Notes under the pieces: model-generated | Told to the model about the DNA's origin: nothing | What the model saw: the letters and a program-made list of their open reading frames with translations, nothing else | Databases searched by the model: none | Assembly: GCA_963713605.1 (NCBI GenBank) | Contig: CAVQMO010000010.1 | Location: forward strand, 1,066,676-1,130,675 | DNA from: an uncultured Nitrososphaerales archaeon | GTDB lineage: Archaea; Thermoproteota; Nitrososphaeria; Nitrososphaerales; Nitrososphaeraceae | Length of the DNA stretch: 64,000 nucleotides | Direction: 5' to 3' | Shown here: in pieces, positions 10,823 through 20,761 of the stretch | Layout of the letters: each line of letters opens with the position of its first letter | Position numbering within the stretch: the first letter of the stretch is position 1 | Made by a program: the position numbers and the translations under genes

Positions 10823-11261
10823 TAAATCCCTACGGAAATCCCGTAGATAAAAAACCTTTCTAAACTAACTGCGAAAGCGTCGATAAGCTAATACGTCCAA
10901 TCATTTGTTTATTCCCCATTCTTAGTAATTCGAGTCGTGCGCAGTTACGGAATAAGAAATATTAACAATAGTAATCATATTAGCATTCAATTGGAATCTT
11001 TAAGCAGGGCAAATATTCCAGAATTCCACTACTTAGATATAACTTTCTCATTTGTTACACTACTACTTTTCGAATTGAGAATTTAGAATGCTTTATTTTC
11101 AAGTCCATCTTTCTGCTATATCTATTCACAAGTTTGGTATCCTACCGAATAAGACGAATAGTTTACTTTAATTTAGTGAAATAATTCTATTTTAGAGATT
11201 GTACTTTTCAAAAAGTTGAAAAGAAGATATAAATAATATCAAAGATAATATTTAGATAACT

Positions 11262-12785
11262 ATGCCTATTCGCAGTGGGGGAGAATATATACAGAGTCTT
11301 AGAGGGCGAAATCTAGAGGTATATTTATTTGGAGAACTTGTAAATGAACCCGTTGATCATCCTATGATACGACCCTCGATTAATGCTGTCGCTGAAACCT
11401 ATGAATTGGCCGAGAAGGAGCCTGAGCTAGCTTCGGTTCAATCGTCCCTGTCTAAAACGAGAGTGAATAGATTTCTACACATTACTGAAAGTGCAGCGGA
11501 TTTAGTCAATCAGAATCGTATGCAGCGAAAATTAGGACAACTGACCGCCACTTGTTTTCAGAGATGTGTCGGAATGGATGCTCTGAATTCTTTGTATTCC
11601 ACTACTTATGAGATCGATAAGAAGTATAATACCGAGTATCATCCTCGATTAAAAGAATTTATAAGATTTGTTCAAACTGAAAATTTGGTTATTGGTGGAG
11701 CAATGACTGACGTAAAGGGTGATCGAAGTCTTTCTCCCAGCCAACAGGACGACCCGGATATGTTTCTCCATATCTCAAAAAGAGATGAGAATGGTGTATA
11801 CGTGACCGGAGCTAAAGCACATCAGACTGGCTGCATCAATTCACATTGGATACTGGTAATGCCTACCATGAGATTGCGATCAGAAGATCGGGATTACGCG
11901 ATAGTGGGCGCAGTACCCGTTGATGCTCCTGGGATAATATACATTTACGGCAGACAATCATGCGATACGCGGAGCATGGAAGGTGGAGAGATTGACGCCG
12001 GAAATGCACAGTTTTCTGGTCAAGAGGCCATGATAATTTTTAAGGACGTATTCATTCCAAAAAAAATGATTTTCATGGATGGAGAAGTCGAGTATGCATC
12101 AATGCTTGTTGAGCGCTTTACATGCTATCATAGACGGAGTTATGTTTGCAAGACTGGTTTAGGGGACGTCTTAATCGGAGCTGCTGCTGCAATCGCGGAT
12201 TACAATGGGGTGGCAAACGCTTCTCATATCAAGGATAAGCTAGTCGAAATGACTCATTTGAATGAGACTATTTTTGCAGCAGGAATTGCTTCGTCGTACC
12301 AATCCCAACAGACTGCTTCTGGTAATTTTCAAAACGACGATATGCTCGCTAACGTCTGCAAGCACAATGTAACTAGATTTCCTTATGAGCTGAGCAGAAT
12401 AGCTCAGGATGTTGCAGGAGGTTTAATGGTGACAATGCCTTCTGAGAAGGACTTTAAGAGCCCAAAAGTTGGGCCTTTGCTTGATAAATACCTAAAGGGA
12501 AGAAAAGGTGTATCGACGGAAAACCGTGTTAGAATATTGAGATTAATTGAAAACATGACACTTGGCAGGAACGCGGTGGGATATCTTACTGAATCAATGC
12601 ATGGAGCCGGTTCACCTCAGGCACAACGCATTCAAATTGCAAGACAAATGCAATTGGGATACAAAAAGAAGTTAGCAAAGAAATTAGCAAATGTCCACGA
12701 AGGTGAAACAGAAGAGTTAGACCATGAACAGGCAGATTATTTTAATAAGATATTCGGAATGGACGATTCAAAACGCGTCACTTGA
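11262..12785 (+). CDS. hcd: 4-hydroxybutyryl-CoA dehydratase (3HP/4HB carbon fixation cycle)
   Basis: TCFQRCVGMD, AMTDVKGDR, GAKAHQTG, YHRRSYVCK Fe-S ligands, HGAGSPQAQ. Confidence 0.95.
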   Translation: MPIRSGGEYIQSLRGRNLEVYLFGELVNEPVDHPMIRPSINAVAETYELAEKEPELASVQSSLSKTRVNRFLHITESAADLVNQNRMQRKLGQLTATCFQRCVGMDALNSLYSTTYEIDKKYNTEYHPRLKEFIRFVQTENLVIGGAMTDVKGDRSLSPSQQDDPDMFLHISKRDENGVYVTGAKAHQTGCINSHWILVMPTMRLRSEDRDYAIVGAVPVDAPGIIYIYGRQSCDTRSMEGGEIDAGNAQFSGQEAMIIFKDVFIPKKMIFMDGEVEYASMLVERFTCYHRRSYVCKTGLGDVLIGAAAAIADYNGVANASHIKDKLVEMTHLNETIFAAGIASSYQSQQTASGNFQNDDMLANVCKHNVTRFPYELSRIAQDVAGGLMVTMPSEKDFKSPKVGPLLDKYLKGRKGVSTENRVRILRLIENMTLGRNAVGYLTESMHGAGSPQAQRIQIARQMQLGYKKKLAKKLANVHEGETEELDHEQADYFNKIFGMDDSKRVT

Positions 12786-13524
12786 GCAAATGTAGCTATT
12801 TACACCTGTAACGCGTGGTTCATTCAGTTCACAAAGATTAGCTAGAATACAAGTAATGATTTTAAAATAGTAGCTCGAGCGACAAATATAGAACTACGAA
12901 GCGTTTTACTATTTAACCAAACGATTTTATCCAATAATTCCCTAATCATCTTTAGACCATCAACTTTCATTCTCGTTCATACCTCCTCTTAGTTCAATTG
13001 TTTGCTAAAAATATTGACAATACTTCTGGCAACACAAGATATAGGCGCCTCATTAACAAATGATTATGACGCAGTAGTCACAAAATAGGGTGATGCTAAG
13101 TCATCTTCATTGACCAATACGCACAATGCATTAATTCTTGCCGAGTTGCTTAATCAAATTCATTTTCTTAAATCTACTTGTAGATTCGAGTTATGTCTAG
13201 CTATCAGATCAAGAAATAATCCCTATCTACACGAGATAACATGCGTCTTACCATTCACGCAGGCCCTAAACGAAAATCCTTGAAGAACCATAAAATTCAG
13301 TCGAATGGTTTTTACTAGAAAGCTTTCCTTCAATGTAATCCAAATCTCTTAAATAGTAAACACCAATTCATAGGACAGTAGAAATTTTAGACCTCGTACC
13401 GAAGATCAAAGTGCTCGTTTCTTGAATAAAGTATCATGAACCCCACATCGATATGGTAATAAAGACTACATTGGCCCTGTAATAGGAGCTATTCTTATAT
13501 TTAAGCAGGATAGATTATCTGTCG

Positions 13525-13785
13525 TTGGCAACACAAGCGTATTGTGTAAAATGTAAGGCAAAACGAGATATGGAAGATGAAAAGCAGATAACGATGAAAA
13601 ATGGTCAAAGGGCTTTGTCGGGAACTTGTCCTGTTTGTGGTACAAAAATGTTCAAGATAGGTGGTGGCAGAGTGAAAGTCGCAGCTGCTCCTAAGGCTAA
13701 GGCGGGCAAAAGCAAAACAGCAAAGAAATCTAGCCCTAAGGCTAAGGTTAAGGCAAAGACGAAGTCAAAAACTAAAAGAAAGTGA
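13525..13785 (+). CDS. DUF5679-like CxxC...CxxC small protein with Lys/Ala-rich tail
   Basis: AYCVKCK...MKNG..A..GTCPVCGTKMFKI followed by a basic tail. Confidence 0.8.
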   Translation: MATQAYCVKCKAKRDMEDEKQITMKNGQRALSGTCPVCGTKMFKIGGGRVKVAAAPKAKAGKSKTAKKSSPKAKVKAKTKSKTKRK

Positions 13786-13971
13786 AAAAATCATCTGCAC
13801 TTGATAAACGGAAGCAAGTGTTAGATAACAAATTTTTTCTTCTTGTAATCGCAACAATCCTGGCGTACTTGATCGACGAAACCTAATTCTCTCCCATTAC
13901 AATAGAGCATTATCAGTAGTAGTGGTGTTGATTAATTCCTCCCCCCTGCGGCCTCATGATTGGTTTCCCAC

Positions 13972-15054
13972 TCAACGTCGCTTACGAAGAGTTCGTTCGA
14001 CCGTTCCTAGTTTCTCCTCGTCGCCACACTCCCTTATAAGCTCGCGAAGAATCTCGCGAGCATTTCCATTCTTTATGTTATTTCTTGCTAATTCTATTCC
14101 TTCACTTAGCTTGTCTACTACATTCCCTATTAACAAAGCAGCAGCAGCGTTTAACACCACTACATCTTGTATTTGCTCTGGGGCATAGCCATATATGGTC
14201 TCAATGGTTACTCTAACAGATTCCTCTTTCGAACTTATTGTAAGATCGTCCCTCTCCGAAAGAGTCAAATCATATTCTTGTGGGCGGATGAGGATTGTGC
14301 TTACCTCGCCTTGATTGAAGTAAATAACCTTACTATCGCAAGTATTAGTCAGTTCATCAAACCCATCTTGTGAATAAGCTACCATGAACCTCTTAAGACT
14401 TGAGTTTTTCATAACATTCGATATTTGTGTTAACAATGACGGTTTGGACACACCAATTAGTTGACCACTCAAGTTAACACAAGGATTGCAAAGTGGACCT
14501 ACAATATTTAGAATAGTTCTTATTCCCAATCCCCTCCGGGCGATGGAGATATTTTTCATCAAGGGATGAAAATTTGGCGCGAACAGAAAGGTAACTCCAA
14601 CATTATCAAGTGTATACAGCAACCTCTCGTTAGGCGAAAGAAGATCAAACCCTACAGCTTCAAGAAAATCTGCACTTCCACAAGGACCAGACATGGAACG
14701 GTTTCCGTGTTTTGCAACTCGGCAACCCGAAGCCGCTGTGACAATGGCGGCAGCAGTACTTATGTTAAAAGTTTTCAACGTTTCTCCACCTGTACCGCAG
14801 ATATCAATGGATGGTCCTAATGCGGGTCCAAACGCGTTTTCTTTCTCTCTAACTGCCTCATAGGTACCCAATATCTCGTCATCGGATTCACCCTTCATGG
14901 CTAACGCGGTGAGAAACGAACCAATAGCTATGTCGGATTCGCTTCCATTGAACATACGTTCGAAGGCAAAAACCGTTTCCGCTTTGCTAAGATTGGCCTT
15001 TTCTGTGACCACTCTCTCGATCAACACTTGCAGAGGAGATCTAGCAGATTTCAT
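13972..15054 (-). CDS. trpD: Anthranilate phosphoribosyltransferase
   Basis: DICGTGG..TFNIST, AKHGNRS, GSAD, FAPNFHP, DGFDE. Confidence 0.95.
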   Translation of the reverse strand: MKSARSPLQVLIERVVTEKANLSKAETVFAFERMFNGSESDIAIGSFLTALAMKGESDDEILGTYEAVREKENAFGPALGPSIDICGTGGETLKTFNISTAAAIVTAASGCRVAKHGNRSMSGPCGSADFLEAVGFDLLSPNERLLYTLDNVGVTFLFAPNFHPLMKNISIARRGLGIRTILNIVGPLCNPCVNLSGQLIGVSKPSLLTQISNVMKNSSLKRFMVAYSQDGFDELTNTCDSKVIYFNQGEVSTILIRPQEYDLTLSERDDLTISSKEESVRVTIETIYGYAPEQIQDVVVLNAAAALLIGNVVDKLSEGIELARNNIKNGNAREILRELIRECGDEEKLGTVERTLRKRR

Positions 15055-15638
15055 CTTCTTATCATATTCAAAAAATTCAAAAGAATCTGAGGGCCTTGCG
15101 TTGTCATTACTGATTCCGGGTGGAATTGTACCCCTTCAATTAGATACTTCTTGTGCTTCACTGCCATTATTTCACGATCATCCTTGGAAAGTGCAGTAAC
15201 TTCTAGGCAATCCGGGACCTTGGACGGGTCAGCAACTAGCGAATGATATCTTGTCGCTACAAATGGATTATCAATATTGATGAACAGATCACTTGAAGCA
15301 TACTCTATCTCACTTACCTTTCCATGCCTAATCTCCTTAGCATTAATAATCCTTCCGCCAAATGAGCTGACAATGCCTTGATGTCCTAGACAAATGCCAA
15401 GTATAGGAAATGAAGGGCCCATCTCACTGATAACACTGCCGCATATTCCAAAGTCTCGCTTCTCTGTAGGAGTTCCTGGACCTGGCGATATCACGATACC
15501 ATCCGGATTCATTTTCCTAATTTCTCTAATAGAGCTTTCATCATTTCGCACCACCGTTGGTTTATATCCAAGCTTGCCAATTAGTTGAGCCACATTGTAA
15601 ACGAAAGAGTCATAGTTGTCAATGATAAGGATTTTCAA
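15051..15638 (-). CDS. trpG: Anthranilate synthase component II (glutamine amidotransferase)
   Basis: IDNYDSF, ISPGPG, GICLGHQ, RYHSL, GVQFHPES. Confidence 0.95.
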   Translation of the reverse strand: MKILIIDNYDSFVYNVAQLIGKLGYKPTVVRNDESSIREIRKMNPDGIVISPGPGTPTEKRDFGICGSVISEMGPSFPILGICLGHQGIVSSFGGRIINAKEIRHGKVSEIEYASSDLFINIDNPFVATRYHSLVADPSKVPDCLEVTALSKDDREIMAVKHKKYLIEGVQFHPESVMTTQGPQILLNFLNMIRR

Positions 15639-15819
15639 CTTGAAATGTCACCTCCATATGAAATCTCTGCACTTCGTTTGTAGTTGAAGCCGGAAGTGAA
15701 TCGATCACGAGTGTATGCATAATTAAATTTCTTCAACCTATAAAAATCTAATTGATACTTGGATAGTTTTCTATAGGACAACTACAGTATATAAAAGCAA
15801 ACCTTCTGCTTCTTATTCT

Positions 15820-16866
15820 ATGGTGAAGCAAAAGGTCAAAGTATTCATTAATGGATATGGGAATATAGGAAGGAGAATCGCTTCGGCCCTATCAAAGGAC
15901 AACGAAATTGATTTGTTAGGGATTGCCAAATACACCATGGATGAGCAGATGTTAATAGATCTCAAGGCTAAATTTGATATTTACGTCCCTGAAAACTTAG
16001 TCCATAGATACAAGAACTCGATAACCGGCTCTATTGGAGAAGCTGTCTCTGAGTGTGACCTAGTGTTAGATGCGGCTAAGGAAGGCGGCGGATACAGTAA
16101 TAAAATTAAACTCTATGAACCTCTCCGAAAACCTGCTATCTTCCAAGGAGGAGAAGAACGACATGGTGATAGAGCAGTCGCAAAAATGATACATAATTCC
16201 AGGGTAAATTACGATGAAGCTTCAGGGAAACAGTACGTAATCCAAGGCAGCTGTAACGTATCTGGAATGGGGAAGATCATTCAGCCGCTGATGGAAAGGT
16301 TTGGGGATGAAATCCAACGTTTTGATGTCACTTTGGTTAGAAGGTGGGCAGATCTAGAAGATTCCAAAGAAGTGAAAGATTCCATCCAGTGGGACAAGAA
16401 TCCACATCATCAAGAGGACGTGAAGGACTTTATTCCTCGTGCCAATCTTTTTGTTGAGGCTTTTAAAGTGCCTTCTAGAATGATGCATCTTCACCAGATG
16501 ATTGTCCGATTTGGTTCAAAATCACCTACCAAGGACCAAATTCTAGACGTATTTACTAAAGAATTCGCTGTAGCCATTTTAAATTCTGCTAAAGGAACTG
16601 CGGATGTTAGAATGAAAGCAATTGAGCTCGGATTTGAACATGGAGACACGAACATGGTACACATTCATCAAGACGTGCTACGAACCCAAGGTGAAACCCT
16701 AAAGATTGTATATTCAGACGACCAAACAGGTCTGGTAATCCCAGAGAATCATCTTCTTCTCCAGTCAATGATTATGCGGAGACCTAGGTTAGAAGCAATA
16801 AAAAGAACAGACGAATTATTTCGAATTAGCGAAAAGAAAGAAAAGCTGGAAAAGGAATTTGGTTAA
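15820..16866 (+). CDS. gap: Archaeal type II glyceraldehyde-3-phosphate dehydrogenase
   Basis: INGYGNIGRR, IFQGGE, GSCN catalytic Cys, VRRWAD, HH..DV, VIPEN. Confidence 0.88.
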   Translation: MVKQKVKVFINGYGNIGRRIASALSKDNEIDLLGIAKYTMDEQMLIDLKAKFDIYVPENLVHRYKNSITGSIGEAVSECDLVLDAAKEGGGYSNKIKLYEPLRKPAIFQGGEERHGDRAVAKMIHNSRVNYDEASGKQYVIQGSCNVSGMGKIIQPLMERFGDEIQRFDVTLVRRWADLEDSKEVKDSIQWDKNPHHQEDVKDFIPRANLFVEAFKVPSRMMHLHQMIVRFGSKSPTKDQILDVFTKEFAVAILNSAKGTADVRMKAIELGFEHGDTNMVHIHQDVLRTQGETLKIVYSDDQTGLVIPENHLLLQSMIMRRPRLEAIKRTDELFRISEKKEKLEKEFG

Positions 16867-17115
16867 AATTTTGAAACTAGCTTTTTTGTATTATCAATTC
16901 CCATGTTATACTTTCTTCTGGACCTTGCATAGTATCGATCGTATGAGAATATCTTTATTTATTGTTCACTGTTGAGTTTGGTCCTGATGCCATAGACTTA
17001 TTCAAAGGATGCAAGGTGGTTTTGAACTGACTTCGTCCTATTTAGTCATTGTATATCAGGACACCATAGGAACAGACGCCTAACCTTCAGGAATGGATGG
17101 TCTTACCTAATTAGA

Positions 17116-18012
17116 CTAACGAGTAATAATATCCACATGATCAATCTTGGGTATTATGGTGTGTTCAGACTGAGTTACGATTTGGCCTTGAGTCTCGATC
17201 AGGATAGGATAGGCATGAATATTTTTCTTTGCGACTAGAACGTCTATTGAGCTGAGCACTTCAGCAGCTTCATAGCTATCCATCAACCATCTAGCTGCGA
17301 ATGGTAAGGTTTTATACGTGTTCCATATTGTTTCCAAGATATTATCAGCTTTCTTGTCTTTGGAAGGTTTCCTAGATCGAATCGCAAAGATGTTCCTTGT
17401 TTTCCCCTCGAATACAACACCCTGACCATTCTTTGTGGTCACAAATGGTTCGATTGCGTAAGCTTGGTTTTCCACTAACCCAAATGATGGTCCTATGGTG
17501 CGTATATTTGGTATCGATTTCCCTGCGTGAATAGTATACTGTTCCAAAGAATGACCGCTCAAATTCTGGATGGGTTTGAAGCCAAATTTGGCTATCGTGC
17601 TTTCAATAACCTTTCCTATTTCGTTTACGCGGGCGTTAGCGGTGGCGTATCTTACTGCCTCGGCCAATGCGGCCTCTGATGCTCTTACTAGAGGATCATA
17701 CTTCGCGTCGTAGCAAACCGTTATAGCAGTATCAGCTATATATCCGTAAATTTGCACACCTATGTCGATCTTGAGTACGTCACCGTCCTTTACCTCTGTT
17801 TCATCGTATGGCTCGGCAGTATAATGTGCAGCTACATCATTTAGGCTGACATTGACAGGGAAGGCAGGAAGTCCTCCAAGTACCCGAATCTTATTTTCCA
17901 AAGTATTACAAATGTCCAGCAGTCTTCTTCCAACATAGTTGGTATTTCTTGCAGTCTCCCTAACCTCGGACGCTATTTGTCCTGCCTTCTGATAGCACTG
18001 CAGATAATCCAT
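17116..18012 (-). CDS. map: Methionine aminopeptidase type II
   Basis: AFPVNVS, AAHYT, KIDIG..GYIADTA, NLSGH, AIEPF, EHT; start at ATG 18012. Confidence 0.95.
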   Translation of the reverse strand: MDYLQCYQKAGQIASEVRETARNTNYVGRRLLDICNTLENKIRVLGGLPAFPVNVSLNDVAAHYTAEPYDETEVKDGDVLKIDIGVQIYGYIADTAITVCYDAKYDPLVRASEAALAEAVRYATANARVNEIGKVIESTIAKFGFKPIQNLSGHSLEQYTIHAGKSIPNIRTIGPSFGLVENQAYAIEPFVTTKNGQGVVFEGKTRNIFAIRSRKPSKDKKADNILETIWNTYKTLPFAARWLMDSYEAAEVLSSIDVLVAKKNIHAYPILIETQGQIVTQSEHTIIPKIDHVDIITR

Positions 18013-18084
18013 GGGACAGGAGAATCTGTTTATCATGATATATATAGAGCTACTGTGTGTGAAAAAAAGGAAACTGAATTGACC

Positions 18085-18158
18085 GGGGTCGTTGTCTAGC
18101 TTGGTATGATGCCAGCCTTGGGCGCTGGAGGCCGCCGGTTCAAATCCGGCCGATCCCA
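18085..18158 (+). tRNA. tRNA-Pro(UGG), intronless, CCA not encoded
   Basis: Acceptor GGGGTCG/CGATCCC, anticodon arm CCAGC-CTTGGGC-GCTGG, T arm GCCGG-TTCAAAT-CCGGC. Confidence 0.95.
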
Positions 18159-18253
18159 TGGTTATTCAATCTGCAATGGTTCGTTCGGCTTCTTATGAGC
18201 TATCCAGAGCTGGTAGCAGATATACTAATAAAGTTTAGCTGGTTAAGTGTAAC

Positions 18254-18427
18254 GTGAAGTCAATAATCATAGAGGATTCAACATTTAAAAGATTATCTGG
18301 AATCCTCGCTGAGACTATGCATATCTCCAAGAGAGATCTTACGTATGACGATCTTTTCAATGAGCTCATAGATGTTTACCAGGAACACAATTGGGGGGCT
18401 CTCGGTGGTGGTGCAGGTGGAGGTTAG
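18254..18427 (+). CDS. 57-aa ribbon-helix-helix-like microprotein with Gly-rich C-terminus
   Basis: GTG-start ORF below track cutoff: MKSIIIEDSTFKRLSGILAETMHISKRDLTYDDLFNELIDVYQEHNWGALGGGAGGG. Confidence 0.65.
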   Translation: MKSIIIEDSTFKRLSGILAETMHISKRDLTYDDLFNELIDVYQEHNWGALGGGAGGG

Positions 18428-18573
18428 CTTTTTCACTCCGTATGTGTCATATCAAGATTTGCAAGAGCTAGATAACTATCAAAATAAGACGATAGTGAAG
18501 AGGATAGTAGTTAAGGCTAGTATCTAGAATATTTAACGTAACTCCTTTAATATTAAAAACAATAACAGGCCTT

Positions 18574-18885
18574 TTGGCGATGGTCAAAAAGGAGTTCATT
18601 ATGGTAGTTGATGATACCCAGATCCCAGTTTTGGGCCATACTCACAGAAATGTCGCTGTAAAGTACCTCATGAAAAGGAGAAGATCCCTTTTGATGACCA
18701 AAGATCCTTCAAAGGTTGAAAATATGTATACGAGTCTTCCTACACAAATAATGGTAAGGAGTAAGAGGGTTAGTCATGCATATGATATAAACTGGGAGAG
18801 GGTAGGTACAGAAAATTTTGAGGGTTCTAGGTTCCCATTTACGATCTCAGAACAAGTTCAGCTTCAGACCTTGAGCGGACCTTGA
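18574..18885 (+). CDS. Conserved hypothetical protein
   Basis: 103-aa ORF with upstream TTTAATATTAAAAA TATA-like box. Confidence 0.65.
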   Translation: MAMVKKEFIMVVDDTQIPVLGHTHRNVAVKYLMKRRRSLLMTKDPSKVENMYTSLPTQIMVRSKRVSHAYDINWERVGTENFEGSRFPFTISEQVQLQTLSGP

Positions 18886-18923
18886 CTATGCTAGAATACT
18901 AAGTTAAGGAGAATAAAATCATC

Positions 18924-18969
18924 TCAGCGCAATTCTCATGTCGTCCAAACCAAGTCGGTTCATCATCAC
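18924..18969 (-). ncRNA. Candidate box C/D sRNA
   Basis: Minus strand (GTG)ATGATGA...TGGA...ACATGA...CTGA in an intergenic region. Confidence 0.3.
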
Positions 18970-19303
18970 TAGCCCACCCCGAAGAGCGATCCAATTAGCG
19001 TTATCATCTATTTTTCTTTACATACCTCTCCTTCTACGAACCTTTCGAACGATGAAATTGCCTTAAGCCTTCTCCATGCCTCCGGGCGATTCTAGTTGTT
19101 CATCTGCTCACGATAATGTTTATTCGACATTGACCTTTGAGGTAGGCAAAAGAAGCTTAAACTGTCTTGCTGAACAGTAGCGATCAACCAATGGGTCTGA
19201 CATTTGGATGAGGTATGCAACGGGTGCTTCTCAAAATATATAGGCAGGTAGCTTCTATATACTTGTTAAGAGGGATTTGAGTTTATCTGGAGGCTACTGG
19301 TGA

Positions 19304-20743
19304 ATGTCAGGTGATTTTAAAGCAATGGTTGAGGTCCTGCTTGAAAAAAAGCCAGAGATCAGCGCAGAAGACATTAAAAATCTTGTAGACGAGAAAAAGC
19401 GGAAGATTGGGGCGGGTTACCTGACTGATCAGGGGGCTTTATTTCTCGTCGCCGCTGACCTGGGCATCTCACTTGAACGAAATCAGTCCAGCCTCCAGAA
19501 ACTAAAGGATCTTTATGTGGGGGCAAGAGATATCAGTGTTGTTGGCAGAGTAATGTCGATCTATCCCACACGTACTTTCATGAGAAAGGATAATAGCGAA
19601 GAGTTGCGCAACAGAACCCTTACGATTCTTGACGGCGATGCTGCAATAAGGCTCAAACTTTGGGAGAAGAGAGTCGAATTTCCAGAGGAATCCGGTTTAC
19701 GTCCAGGAGATCTCATTAAAGTGACCAAAGGTTACGTTAAATCAGGTCTAGACGGAAAACCAATCCTTAACGTGGGAGATATGAGCGCTATTGATGTAAT
19801 TAAGGAAGGTATTATGGATATACCAACTCTGGACCATTTTGCATGTGATATTTCAAAAATTTCCGGTCAAACTGACAATGTGGTAATTTTCGGAAGGATT
19901 TCATCATCACCTAGAATAGTTGAATATAAGAACATTAGAGGTCAAGACAGCAAGGCTCTTCAGTTGAATGTATCAAACGATGATGGCACAAAGACAGTGC
20001 GAACAGTTATCTGGAATATAGACGAATCGAGACTTCCCAAGATTTTGGCAGTGGGTTCGAATATAAACCTCGTAGGTGTAAGAATTAAGCAAGGAAGTGC
20101 GCAATATGGAAACTCCGAATTTGAAATACACGGAGATGAAGGGACTTCTCTGGATATATCCAACTCTGGAGTAGAACCTGATGTACTAGCCCTCAAATTG
20201 ATTTCTATCGGAAAGGACTTAGGAACTGGCTACCTAGAATGTCTCGCTTTCCAAAAAGATGGGAAGATCACCATGCTTAGAATTGATTCTAAGTTGTTGA
20301 AAACCTCGATCAATTCGGGTACAATAATTCAATGCATACCAAGCATGATTCTTGGTAATCAAATAACTCTGTCTAGGGATGATTCCTATGTCAGCGAGAT
20401 CGAAGATGATTCATCATTCCCATCCATTGAAACGCTCGAAACCAAAATCGAAGACATTACCAATTCTGACCGTCCGTATCTGGTTGAAGGAATCGTGCTT
20501 CAGACACCCTCAATCAATACCGTTACTACAAGAAATGGGGAGAATATCTCACTGGCCGAGACTATGTTAGGGGATGATACTGCTGAAATAACCCTTTTAG
20601 GGTGGAGAGATCTATCTAATCTTGTAACCGATCTTAAGGTTGGCGAGAGAATAAAAATCAGAGGAGTCGTCACTAGCACCAGTAGGGACGGCAAACTTCA
20701 AATCTCATTGAAACCTTATTCTAGCATTCACAAAATTGGGTAA
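19304..20743 (+). CDS. Replication protein A-like multi-OB-fold ssDNA-binding protein
   Basis: GAGYLTDQGALFLVAADLG N-terminus; repeated OB folds (LKLWE, TVIWN, LGDDTAEITLLGW). Confidence 0.85.
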   Translation: MSGDFKAMVEVLLEKKPEISAEDIKNLVDEKKRKIGAGYLTDQGALFLVAADLGISLERNQSSLQKLKDLYVGARDISVVGRVMSIYPTRTFMRKDNSEELRNRTLTILDGDAAIRLKLWEKRVEFPEESGLRPGDLIKVTKGYVKSGLDGKPILNVGDMSAIDVIKEGIMDIPTLDHFACDISKISGQTDNVVIFGRISSSPRIVEYKNIRGQDSKALQLNVSNDDGTKTVRTVIWNIDESRLPKILAVGSNINLVGVRIKQGSAQYGNSEFEIHGDEGTSLDISNSGVEPDVLALKLISIGKDLGTGYLECLAFQKDGKITMLRIDSKLLKTSINSGTIIQCIPSMILGNQITLSRDDSYVSEIEDDSSFPSIETLETKIEDITNSDRPYLVEGIVLQTPSINTVTTRNGENISLAETMLGDDTAEITLLGWRDLSNLVTDLKVGERIKIRGVVTSTSRDGKLQISLKPYSSIHKIG

Positions 20744-20761
20744 TCTTAAATGTGTCCCAAA

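Noticed and set aside
18013..18159. N-terminal extension of map (MGSAGFEPAASS...)
   Set aside because: It is the antisense reading of tRNA-Pro; the real start is near 18012.
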